Source: a virus
Lineage: Duplodnaviria > Heunggongvirae > Uroviricota > Caudoviricetes
Virus record (IMG/VR): IMGVR_UViG_2563366843_000007
Direction: 5' to 3' (one strand)
Length of the DNA stretch: 32,971 bases
The notes beneath the pieces were generated by a model. That model was not told the DNA's origin, did no database searches, and worked only from the letters and a program-made list of their open reading frames with translations. Positions 1 to 7,805 of the stretch are shown here, in pieces; the first letter of the stretch is position 1; each line of letters starts with the position of its first letter. The translations under genes and the position numbers were made by a program.

Positions 1-1131
1 TCAAATGACCAGTTTTTTCCACTCCTTGCCGCGTGCATCGTTGTAAATATCGGTCATTTTTTGATTCGAATGACCCAGCAAAATTTTGGTATCAATTCCC
101 TGTTCTCTGAACAATCTTTCTGATAAAGATCTCTGCTCATGGAAAGAGGGTGGGGTGCCATTAGCACGCCAGTTGTAATCCACAGAATCCCGCGCTTTTT
201 TAAATGCAACAGTTAACGTTGCTGGCTTAACCATCCCGCCGCGCTTAGCTGTCCCTTTCGCGTGATGATGGTGCAATAGCCACGGACTAAGAACGCAATC
301 GCGACAGGATGACACCACATCATCCAGGGTGAGATTTAATTTATCGCAACGCAGAGCCAGAGGGATGGCAATCCGGGTTCCTGTTTTTTGCTGTTCGACA
401 TGAAGATAACCATCCCGGATATCCGAAAACTGCATTTTGCAAATATCTGAAAGGCGCTGGCCTGTCACCAGTGCCAGCAGCATGCCGCGCTGTAAAAAGT
501 AACCATCCTTTTCCGCTGCGTTATAAATCATCATCCACTCATCAAAAGTCAGTCGCTGTCTTGATATCCGCACCTGCGGTTTTTTTGCCGATTCTGCAGG
601 GTTAAAGCCTGGCGGGACATCGCCCGTTTGCTGAGCTTCCCGGAAAACATCGATCAGTACCTTCCTGAAAATTTGTCCCATTCTGTTATGTCCTCTGGCC
701 TTGTACTCTTCCAGCACCGATACCACATCTTTTACGGTGATGGCATCTAACGGTCTGGTGCCAAAACGTTCATCAAATACCCTGAGAGGGGCCGCTTTTT
801 GTTTCAGCGTGTTGAGTTTGATTTCTCCGTTTTCATATCTTTCCTGTTGAATTTTTCTGTAATTATTCAGAAAAATGGAAACAGTTGATGAACCGCCGGT
901 ATCATTAATAATTTTCTCCTGCAGACTGAGCATTTGTTCCATTTGCTGCCTGGCAAGACGGCTGTTCGCTTCTGCTGCAATAGTTTCTGCCAGTTTCTGG
1001 TCAATACTGCCGAGACCGTGATTTTTGCCTGTTATGGGATGCCTGTAACGCCAGTAAACTTTGTTATTTCTTTTGTCAAAATATGGAGACAATCCCGGAA
1101 CATCGGTTTTATATTTTCGCGGGCGCGCCAT
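1..1131 (-). CDS. int: Phage integrase, tyrosine site-specific recombinase
   Basis: 376-aa ORF ending exactly at the window edge; tyrosine-recombinase-like C-terminal region (HHHH...R...LLGHS...Y motif context); immediately downstream of an overlapping excisionase-like gene. Confidence 0.9.
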   Translation of the reverse strand: MARPRKYKTDVPGLSPYFDKRNNKVYWRYRHPITGKNHGLGSIDQKLAETIAAEANSRLARQQMEQMLSLQEKIINDTGGSSTVSIFLNNYRKIQQERYENGEIKLNTLKQKAAPLRVFDERFGTRPLDAITVKDVVSVLEEYKARGHNRMGQIFRKVLIDVFREAQQTGDVPPGFNPAESAKKPQVRISRQRLTFDEWMMIYNAAEKDGYFLQRGMLLALVTGQRLSDICKMQFSDIRDGYLHVEQQKTGTRIAIPLALRCDKLNLTLDDVVSSCRDCVLSPWLLHHHHAKGTAKRGGMVKPATLTVAFKKARDSVDYNWRANGTPPSFHEQRSLSERLFREQGIDTKILLGHSNQKMTDIYNDARGKEWKKLVI

Positions 1132-1357
1132 CTTCCAGTATCCTCTTCAAAGCAGGGTGATCTGTGGCGATCACCTCCGGCTTGTTTACCATTCCGACAA
1201 AGCGAGCTCGCGGATCCACTCGCCAGTGTCTTCCAACTTTTTTGGGGAGAGGAAATATCATTCCGGCTTTAGCGTATTTACTTAACGTGCCTGGAGTAGG
1301 GACCGGATCGCTGAATTCCTCTTTTGCCCACTCAGTGAGCAGAATAAGTCTTGCCAT
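1109..1357 (-). CDS. xis: Excisionase-like protein
   Basis: 82-aa ORF overlapping the integrase start by 23 nt; small basic protein in the canonical xis position. Confidence 0.65.
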   Translation of the reverse strand: MARLILLTEWAKEEFSDPVPTPGTLSKYAKAGMIFPLPKKVGRHWRVDPRARFVGMVNKPEVIATDHPALKRILEDGAPAKI

Positions 1358-1421
1358 GAGCGTCGTTCGCTAATCATGGTCGCCGCCACTATAGCTGGTG
1401 GGCGACGACCGGGGTTGAACA

Positions 1422-3902
1422 TTAAAAATCAGCCTGACTCGGGATCAGTTTTTGTATCGTAGCTGTAACGTATTTTGCCTGGTGACGGGCGTCATCCAGC
1501 GCATTGTGGCGCACGCCTTCGAATGGAATAACGGTTCTGGCATCAAAGTCGATTGTTTTTCCCAGCTCAACGATTGTGCGTACATCGCGATCGTTGTAGT
1601 AGCGCCACGGGCAGGGGATGTCCAGGCGTTCGTATGAGGTGCGCAAAATTGCGTTATCGAAAGTTGCACCATTACCCCATACCTGAACTAATTTTTCATC
1701 TGAGTATTCGTTGATGAACTCCCGAAACCGCGAAAGGGCATCCTTCAGTTTTACCTGGTCTGTTAAAATGGCAGCTCTGGCTTCACTGGACTGCTTCAGC
1801 CACCATTCGATGGTTCCACCGTCAGGAACAGCCCCTGTATTCATTGCGTCAGTCAGACTGATAACGATATAAAATACTGGCCCGATTTCCCCTGTTTGTG
1901 GGTCGAAGAAAACCGCACCAATAACCACGATGGGCGCATTGGTGTTGGTTCCCATTGTTTCAAGGTCGATCATCAGGTGGTACCACACTCTGTTGGTGGA
2001 TGTGATAACGTGATGACCGTTCACCGCAATTAAGGGATCTGCCGTCTCGCCAGTTTCATTATCGCTGGCGTGGTCCTGAGCGCTGCCAGCATTCTCCTTT
2101 TGTGGATGTTCAGCGCCTTCCATTTCCTCCGGATCATTTTCCTGAACTTCAACCTGATTCTCTTCATCGAATGTTTCCTGGTATGTTGCGTCGCCCATCA
2201 CCGCACTACAATCAGGGCAGTTGCCGCCACCGATCTGACCGCAGGCTGTGCAGACTTTTTCCGCTTCCTGTTGCGCTACCGGTTCGGATTGTTTCGTTTC
2301 TGGCTCGTTTTGTAACGCATTTTGGCTGTTTTGTTCCGCTTTCTGGTTGTTCTGTTCCGTTTCTTGCTGGTTCTGGTTCACGGAATCGCGGGTTTCAATC
2401 CCCTTCACCCATTTCGGATCATTCGGGTCGCTAATCCCTGCAACAAATTCTCCGCGAGAGGCAGCAAGCAGTTCATTAGCGTCAGGCTGGCTGATATTGG
2501 CTGCCTGCATAATTTTGTTTACTTCGTCAGCGGTAACTTTTACCGGCTCTGGTTGTGCGGTCGTGTCAGATGCACCAGTATTTTGTTGTGAGCCTGAGTA
2601 TGTACCGTTTTTGCGGGCAAAATATTCTTCTTTCGTGATTTCAGTAGCCCCTGCAGCCAGCGCCTTATTCAGACCAGAAAGTTTGTTTGCACGACCATAT
2701 TTTTCGCCATCCTTATCGGTGAAAAGGAAGTAGAACGGCCCCTCACGCTCTACAGATGGTTCAGTTTCCAGCGTGCTTTCATTTTTTTGGGTATCAGATA
2801 CTTCAGTTTCCACTGCATCAGTTTGTGCTGCTGACGGCTGGAGAATATCAGCAGTGTTCTGGTCTGTTTCTTCATCCTCAAACACGCCCTTTGTCGCCAG
2901 GTATTCAGTGATGTATTTGTTCAGTGCTACGGGATCTTTGTGAATGTCGATCGGACGCTCACGGACAAGGCCAAAAATAGTCTGACGGTCGTAGCGAACG
3001 GCATCGAGTTGTTTGCGCATTGATGCGGAAATGCGCTTCCAGTCTTCGCGATCTTTGTCGATAACTTCATTTTTTGCCCAGCGATGGATGCTGCCGTCAA
3101 TGTTTCCGGCATTAATATCGCCAGGCCACAGAGCGTAGGCCAGTTCTTCATCCAGCGTTTTCCATGTCTGCTTGTATTCGCGACGAATGGCGGCAGTGGC
3201 GGGGTTGATTTTTCCTGCTGAGTTTTCAGTGTGCTGCCGGTTGACTCTGGCGCGGGCAAGATCAACAACAGACGTGTATTTCCCGGTTTCTTTGCGTTCG
3301 GCTTCGCGACGTTTTTTCCAGGTGCGTAATTCTGTCTGGATCTCAGGCCATTTTGCACCCGGCTTACATTTATGTTTAACCCACCCGATGGCGAGCAGCT
3401 TTAGTTCTGAATACATGACGTTAACTTCAGGCATTTTCATCAATGCCTCAACGATATGCCCGTCGAATGTTGCCATGTCCTCCTGCAACAATTCCTGTGC
3501 ACTAATCACCATATCAACAGTGATGTTTTCACATGTACCGAACTTAACCAGGACCGCGTTCTGTACTTCAAGGGACAGCTTGTCAAAATTGACGTTCATC
3601 GGATCGGATTCTGGTTCGACCGGGACAAAGGAAGCGCCTTCCTCATCCCAGCGGTTTTCCAGCATATATTCGGTATCCCAGGAGTCGATGGCAGGGCGGG
3701 GCATGCCGGGTTTATCCTCGCAGACAAGAAATTTATAAGCGCAGTCCTGAGCAGCCGGATATTGCTCCAGGAATTGCCAGGTAAATTTGGCACGGGCGCG
3801 GCGTTCGTCACCGGCTTCAATGGCAGTGGCTACAGCCACTGCACCTTCTTCCTTTATTGCCTGTTCGTCCGGAATGGCGGCGCAAATAAAGACTTTACTC
3901 AT
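1422..3902 (-). CDS. Exodeoxyribonuclease VIII-like protein with C-terminal DnaQ-like 3'-5' exonuclease domain
   Basis: 826-aa ORF. C-terminal ~190 aa has DEDD-type exonuclease signatures (MIDLETMG..., ...[12 protein letters not shown]..., H...ALDDARHQA). Central Cys4 motif [15 protein letters not shown] and a Q/N/E-rich low-complexity segment. Confidence 0.7.
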   Translation of the reverse strand: MSKVFICAAIPDEQAIKEEGAVAVATAIEAGDERRARAKFTWQFLEQYPAAQDCAYKFLVCEDKPGMPRPAIDSWDTEYMLENRWDEEGASFVPVEPESDPMNVNFDKLSLEVQNAVLVKFGTCENITVDMVISAQELLQEDMATFDGHIVEALMKMPEVNVMYSELKLLAIGWVKHKCKPGAKWPEIQTELRTWKKRREAERKETGKYTSVVDLARARVNRQHTENSAGKINPATAAIRREYKQTWKTLDEELAYALWPGDINAGNIDGSIHRWAKNEVIDKDREDWKRISASMRKQLDAVRYDRQTIFGLVRERPIDIHKDPVALNKYITEYLATKGVFEDEETDQNTADILQPSAAQTDAVETEVSDTQKNESTLETEPSVEREGPFYFLFTDKDGEKYGRANKLSGLNKALAAGATEITKEEYFARKNGTYSGSQQNTGASDTTAQPEPVKVTADEVNKIMQAANISQPDANELLAASRGEFVAGISDPNDPKWVKGIETRDSVNQNQQETEQNNQKAEQNSQNALQNEPETKQSEPVAQQEAEKVCTACGQIGGGNCPDCSAVMGDATYQETFDEENQVEVQENDPEEMEGAEHPQKENAGSAQDHASDNETGETADPLIAVNGHHVITSTNRVWYHLMIDLETMGTNTNAPIVVIGAVFFDPQTGEIGPVFYIVISLTDAMNTGAVPDGGTIEWWLKQSSEARAAILTDQVKLKDALSRFREFINEYSDEKLVQVWGNGATFDNAILRTSYERLDIPCPWRYYNDRDVRTIVELGKTIDFDARTVIPFEGVRHNALDDARHQAKYVTATIQKLIPSQADF

Positions 3903-3981
3903 TTTGTTTTAACCTCATTACAGATTTAAGGGTGAACAAATCCCTGCCATTGCTGGCATATAAAATGAAACCGGATATTAA

Positions 3982-4185
3982 TTACGGCGCTGTTTTAAGT
4001 CCTGCCGGGATTTCGTTATTATCCATGTGAATAACTTTATCGACCGGATAGCAGTTACCGGGAATTTTTTGTTCTGCTGCGGCAGCCATGCATTCTTTCA
4101 TTGAACCGTAAATGTCAATAACCATGTCAACAGGTTCGCCAGTATTAAGAAAAACAGTCAGAGTGAGGGCAATAGCAGTATTCAT
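3982..4185 (-). CDS. Small protein, YdfD-like (DUF1482-like)
   Basis: 67-aa ORF starting MNTAIAL with hydrophobic N-terminus; its ATG overlaps the dicB stop (ATGA), as for ydfD in the Qin dicB operon. Confidence 0.5.
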   Translation of the reverse strand: MNTAIALTLTVFLNTGEPVDMVIDIYGSMKECMAAAAEQKIPGNCYPVDKVIHMDNNEIPAGLKTAP

Positions 4186-4370
4186 TGCCAGTATCCTTTT
4201 TGCATCGGGCGTAAACGTGCCAGCATTGAAAGAATGCATATTTTATTTAATAGCTCCCGTTCGTGTTTTCTTTTGTTAATGGCCTCTTCAGTAAATACAG
4301 GATTACTGATAGTGACACCAATTTCAAAACAACCTTCAGACGTATTAACGTTTGGTAATAACGTTTTCAT
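4182..4370 (-). CDS. dicB: Cell division inhibitor DicB
   Basis: 62-aa ORF MKTLLPNVNTSEGCFEIGVTISNPVFTEE... matching my recollection of E. coli DicB in length and N-terminal sequence; GAGGG Shine-Dalgarno 8 nt upstream; lies 169 bp downstream of DicF. Confidence 0.7.
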   Translation of the reverse strand: MKTLLPNVNTSEGCFEIGVTISNPVFTEEAINKRKHERELLNKICILSMLARLRPMQKGYWQ

Positions 4371-4539
4371 TATCGCGCCCTCAACAATGAGTTTTGTGAT
4401 GCGGTGCCTGGTGCCTCCAGGTGACGTTAACCAGTTAACAATTAACGCCGGATACAGAGAATCCACCCATAACACTGTTTTTGGTTTTAACTGTTCCGCG
4501 TGCGCTCAGCCGCATTCACCGCATCACAAAATTCACTTT

Positions 4540-4597
4540 AAAAAGGGCGGCAGAGCAGTCACGGAGTAAAACTGATACCGCCAAACGTCACCAGAAA
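4540..4597 (-). ncRNA. dicF: DicF small regulatory RNA (ftsZ-targeting sRNA) with intrinsic terminator
   Basis: Minus-strand sequence UUUCUGGUGACGUUUGGCGGUAUCAGUUUUACUCCGUGACUGCUCUGCCGCCCUUUUU matches the DicF sRNA as I recall it, including the GGCGG/CCGCC terminator stem and U-tail; sits directly upstream of dicB. Confidence 0.8.
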
Positions 4598-4931
4598 ATT
4601 GATAACAGAGGGCGTTGCAGCGGGGTTGTCACTTAAGCGTATGGTCAACCTGACAACCCGGTGTCCTCAACGGGGGAAGGAATAACCCCGCCATACTTAC
4701 CGCCGCGCCATTTCGCGGATTGCCACAACCGGAAGCGCACGGTCGACGAAAATTTAACGACAGGCTATCTATGAACCAGCTACCTCGCCGTGCGCTTTCG
4801 CGTTATGGTCTGACTTTTCAGGGAAATATCCTTTCAGTAAACTGTCAGTGCCGGATGTTCACCCGTGTCCGGCGCACGCACTCCACCTCACCCGTGGAGA
4901 ACTCCTTAATTACCAACCCTCAGGAGGGTGA

Positions 4932-5165
4932 ATGTTAAAATCAACTCTTATTGCTAAATGCCTTTATCAAAATCGCATGGTAAGCAGCATTTCAATAGGC
5001 GAGTCTGCAGTTAAAAGTATTTTCGAAGAGTACTTCCCCGGGCATGATTTTAATAAATGGAATACCAAATTACCGCCAGCAGTTTCAACGCGTATTCTGA
5101 AAGCAACTGAAAGAGCAAGTACAATTCGCGTTAACTATTTCATTAAAGATTTGTGGGATCTTTGA
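4932..5165 (+). CDS. Hypothetical protein (77 aa), AT-rich, no recognisable motif
   Basis: ATG preceded by AGGAGGG at 5-nt spacing; ~38% GC; convergent with and overlapping the 3' end of the 135-aa minus-strand gene by 23 bp. Could instead be antisense to that gene's 3' UTR. Confidence 0.4.
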   Translation: MLKSTLIAKCLYQNRMVSSISIGESAVKSIFEEYFPGHDFNKWNTKLPPAVSTRILKATERASTIRVNYFIKDLWDL

Positions 5166-5550
5166 CATCCACAGAGCCTAAAGTATGTGCATATGGATGT
5201 GCTATTGTGCGCCCTCGCAGATTTGCATCATTTTCTAAATTCACTGAACGAAACAGGGCATCAACAAGGCTCTGTACAATGCAAAGGCAATCGAAGACTG
5301 TCGCTGTTTCTGTTTTGATTGATGAAAGAACATGGCCATTCACGCAAACAGAAATTACCCGTTCATTAACATCGCTTTCCTGCTTTTGATTATCAGAACC
5401 ATATAGCCCAGAAAAAGCATTGCGCACATTACGAACCATATTATCGATGGTTTCTTTTTTGGTGTATGCCGGGTCAATTTTCACCAGACTATCACCGAGA
5501 GTCGTTGCAGCAATTGTCTGGATTTCTTTTGGTAAATCTTTAAATTCCAT
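5143..5550 (-). CDS. Hypothetical protein (135 aa), AT-rich moron gene
   Basis: ATG with GAGG 6 nt upstream, immediately downstream of the ydfC-like gene; ~40% GC against a markedly more GC-rich left flank; no recognisable family motif. Confidence 0.55.
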   Translation of the reverse strand: MEFKDLPKEIQTIAATTLGDSLVKIDPAYTKKETIDNMVRNVRNAFSGLYGSDNQKQESDVNERVISVCVNGHVLSSIKTETATVFDCLCIVQSLVDALFRSVNLENDANLRGRTIAHPYAHTLGSVDVKDPTNL

Positions 5551-5572
5551 TATTAGCCTCGTTGGTTAGCTA

Positions 5573-5791
5573 TTAACGTGGGTATGTAATCATTCTGGCA
5601 ATGCTTAATGCCGCTGCTTTTTCCAGCCTGGTGATATCCTGCTCCAGAGCGGACAGATTTTCAGCCTGCTTAGCCCTGGCTTCATTGGCCCATTTCAGAT
5701 CCTGCGCTGCATTAATTTTCTGGCGCATCCACTCATAAAGTTCATCATCGGTATAGTCTGGCGCGATGATTACGGGTTCTCGTTTCTGCAT
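5573..5791 (-). CDS. YdfC-like protein
   Basis: 72-aa ORF in the position and of the size of Qin ydfC, upstream of dicF in the minus-strand operon. Confidence 0.55.
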   Translation of the reverse strand: MQKREPVIIAPDYTDDELYEWMRQKINAAQDLKWANEARAKQAENLSALEQDITRLEKAAALSIARMITYPR

Positions 5792-5811
5792 ACTGATTCC
5801 TCGCGGTGCTG

Positions 5812-5949
5812 TTTCGCTTATCAGCCGTTAGATTTTGCCGAACTGGAAAGCGCCTGTTTAAATTCGCTGAAGCTGAGAGTTTCTTCGCCTTCGGCAAGGC
5901 CTTCGAAGTATTCTTCGTAAGCCTTTTTCATGATTGTGTCGAAATCCAT
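5812..5949 (-). CDS. YdfB-like small protein (45 aa)
   Basis: Short ORF MDFDTIMKKAYEEYFEGLAEGEE... (below the 60-aa ORF track cutoff), starting 1 nt after the ydfA-like stop; tightly packed operon context. Confidence 0.4.
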
Positions 5950-5950
5950 A

Positions 5951-6106
5951 TCACTCACCTGAGTTTCTTTCCAGCCAGCGACGCGCGCCAGATTCGGTTT
6001 TAAACGTTTTGCTTTTGGTATACGTCATCGCGGTGAACGTACCGTCCTGGTTGGGGAACACGCCACATACCAGAGATTCGCTGTTGCCAAGATCGATAGT
6101 ATCCAT
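5951..6106 (-). CDS. YdfA-like small protein (51 aa)
   Basis: Internal ATG (MDTIDLG...) with GAGGT Shine-Dalgarno 5 nt upstream gives a 51-aa product, the size of Qin YdfA; the longest ORF extends to 6187. Confidence 0.5.
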   Translation of the reverse strand: MDTIDLGNSESLVCGVFPNQDGTFTAMTYTKSKTFKTESGARRWLERNSGE

Positions 6107-6287
6107 GCTGACCTCATTTCCCCTTAACGCCGGGGTAGCGGAACAAAAACCTGCTGCATAGTTATTAAAGTTGAACCCTGCCGTCATGTTCTTACGCCTC
6201 GGGCTGGCTACTTAACCCCTGACCACTGCCTGGTAACTCGAAGTATTGCCCTGCATTCTGTGGGGCGGGGTGGGTTGGTATGTTGTT

Positions 6288-6307
6288 AAGGTAACAAGAG
6301 TTACCTT
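6288..6307. promoter_or_regulatory. Candidate OL-type operator (AAGGTAAC-N4-GTTACCTT) in the promoter region of the ydfA-dicB operon
   Basis: 8-bp inverted-repeat arms around a 4-bp spacer, sharing the GTAAC-N4-GTTAC core with the two sites between the repressor and cro-like genes. Confidence 0.5.
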
Positions 6308-6345
6308 TAGAGTCAATACAATGTTGCAAAAGGTACATTTGAGGG

Positions 6346-6373
6346 CATAAAAAACCCGCAATGAATGCGGGTT
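6346..6373 (-). terminator. Rho-independent terminator downstream of the repressor gene
   Basis: Minus-strand hairpin ACCCGCA-UUCAU-UGCGGGU followed by a U-run, 6 bp after the repressor stop. Confidence 0.6.
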
Positions 6374-6378
6374 CTGAC

Positions 6379-7053
6379 TCAGTCTAAGTATTGATGTATT
6401 TGTGAAACTTTACCTTTAATGGTGTAACCACCATTCAGTTCGATGGGTTTGTAAAGCGGATTCAGTGACAACAGATAGATGTTTGGTCCGTCAATCGCAA
6501 CTTTTTTTAGTGTTACGTTTGGCGTTCCTTCCAATTGGATTAAGATTATTTTTCCCACCAGTTCTCTAATGTTACTTGAGCATGGTGTGATCAGCACGGT
6601 AGATCCGTCGGGGATGGTTGGGAGGCCGTTAGAGTTTGTCATCGCATCTCCCTCAACATGCAATAAAAAAGAGTTTTCAGCGGTTTTTGTCATGACATCA
6701 ACCCAATTCTTAATACCAGGAATCTCGGTTACTGGACAACTCATATCCCAATAACCAGCCTGTTCCCACGTTAAAACGGGCAACCGGGCGATGTTGTCAC
6801 TAATGTAAAGGTACTGATTCAGACGCAGATCATCGGTTTTATCGTGACCGTCCTTTCCATAAAGAATCCATTCAGGAGATTTGGAAAGCAATTTTGACAG
6901 TAGATGTAAATTCTCACCGTCAGGTTTTGAAGAGCCATTTTCCCATTTTGTTACGGATACACGAGATATGCCGATTGCTTTCGCAACCTGCTGTTGGGTT
7001 AATCCTACGTCTTTTCGACGATTCCGAATACGTTCGCTGATAGTGTTTTTCAT
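6379..7053 (-). CDS. CI/C2-type prophage repressor (N-terminal HTH, C-terminal S24 LexA-like peptidase)
   Basis: N-terminus MKNTISERIRNRRKDVGLTQQQVAKAIGISRVSVTKWENG... is an XRE-type HTH resembling P22 C2; the C-terminal half is assigned as S24 self-cleaving peptidase fold from overall resemblance to C2/CI (catalytic Ser/Lys not individually identified). Start at 7053 keeps both OR operators intergenic; the longest ORF extends to 7152 (TTG). Confidence 0.85.
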   Translation of the reverse strand: MKNTISERIRNRRKDVGLTQQQVAKAIGISRVSVTKWENGSSKPDGENLHLLSKLLSKSPEWILYGKDGHDKTDDLRLNQYLYISDNIARLPVLTWEQAGYWDMSCPVTEIPGIKNWVDVMTKTAENSFLLHVEGDAMTNSNGLPTIPDGSTVLITPCSSNIRELVGKIILIQLEGTPNVTLKKVAIDGPNIYLLSLNPLYKPIELNGGYTIKGKVSQIHQYLD

Positions 7054-7054
7054 G

Positions 7055-7115
7055 TAACCAATGTTACTACCAAGTGATGTTGCTATGGTTGACATCGATA
7101 TGTAACTATTGTTAC
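7055..7115. promoter_or_regulatory. OR operator/promoter region with two GTAAC-N4-GTTAC operators (7055-7068, 7102-7115)
   Basis: GTAACCAATGTTAC and GTAACTATTGTTAC, 47 bp apart, between the divergent repressor and cro-like genes; a TTGACA hexamer at 7089-7094 lies between them. Confidence 0.55.
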
Positions 7116-7144
7116 CCTCCTGCTCGAAATAACAGGAGAGTTTT

Positions 7145-7360
7145 ATGTTCAAAGATGATGTTCTGCGCTATTTCAAAAAAAAGCGACTAGTAGCTGAGGC
7201 TCTTGGAATTTCACATGTGGCTGTTGTGCGGTGGAAAGCAGTTATTCCCAAACTTCGCGCAATGGAACTGGATGAAATTACTAACGGTGAATTGAAATAC
7301 AACCCAGAACTTTACAAGAAGCAGGATAGCACCTCGAACGAAGGAAAGAATGATTCATGA
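7145..7360 (+). CDS. Cro/YdaS-like HTH transcriptional regulator
   Basis: 71-aa ORF divergent from the repressor; HTH-like segment RLVAEALGISHVAVVRW; GGAGAG Shine-Dalgarno. Confidence 0.7.
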   Translation: MFKDDVLRYFKKKRLVAEALGISHVAVVRWKAVIPKLRAMELDEITNGELKYNPELYKKQDSTSNEGKNDS

Positions 7361-7782
7361 AAATCAAGCATGAACACATCCGCATGGCGATGAATGCCTG
7401 GGCGCATCCGGACGGCGAGAAAGTACCGGCTGCGAAAATTACCAAAGCGTATTTCGAACTGGGAATGACGTTCCCGGAACTGTATGACGATAGCCATCCG
7501 GAAGCCCTGGCTCGCAATACTCAGAAAATATTCCGCTGGGTGGAGAAAGACACCCCTGATGCTGTTGAAAAAATTCAGGCGTTGTTACCAGCGATCGAAA
7601 AAGCAATGCCACCTCTGCTGGTGGCCCGAATGCGCAGCCACAGTTCAGCCTATTTTCGGGAGCTGGTGGAGACGCGGGAACGACTGGTGAGGGACGCTGA
7701 TGATTTTGTCGCAGTGGCGATCGCTGGTTTCAATCAGATGAATCGTGGTGGTCCGGCGGGAAATGCCCTGGTGATGCACTAA
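7357..7782 (+). CDS. YdaT-like protein (CII functional analogue family)
   Basis: 141-aa ORF beginning MKIKHEHI..., as I recall for Rac YdaT; overlaps the cro-like stop (ATGA). Confidence 0.6.
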   Translation: MKIKHEHIRMAMNAWAHPDGEKVPAAKITKAYFELGMTFPELYDDSHPEALARNTQKIFRWVEKDTPDAVEKIQALLPAIEKAMPPLLVARMRSHSSAYFRELVETRERLVRDADDFVAVAIAGFNQMNRGGPAGNALVMH

Positions 7783-7805
7783 AAGCACGGTGTTCGGAGT
7801 TTTTT

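Noticed and set aside
2070-3929. Plus-strand ORFs of 81-188 aa overlapping the exonuclease gene
   Set aside because: Antisense to the 826-aa exonuclease ORF; Cys/Phe/Ser-rich composition typical of spurious frames.
4234-4938. Plus-strand ORFs 4234-4569 (111 aa) and 4720-4938 (72 aa)
   Set aside because: The first is antisense to dicB and DicF; the second lies in the GC-rich structured spacer without a start-site signal. Both judged spurious.
6379-7152. Longest version of the repressor ORF, starting at TTG 7152
   Set aside because: It would overlap the cro-like gene start and swallow both OR operators. The ATG at 7053 gives an N-terminus aligning with C2-type repressors and leaves the operators intergenic; the ATG at 7095 remains a possible alternative.
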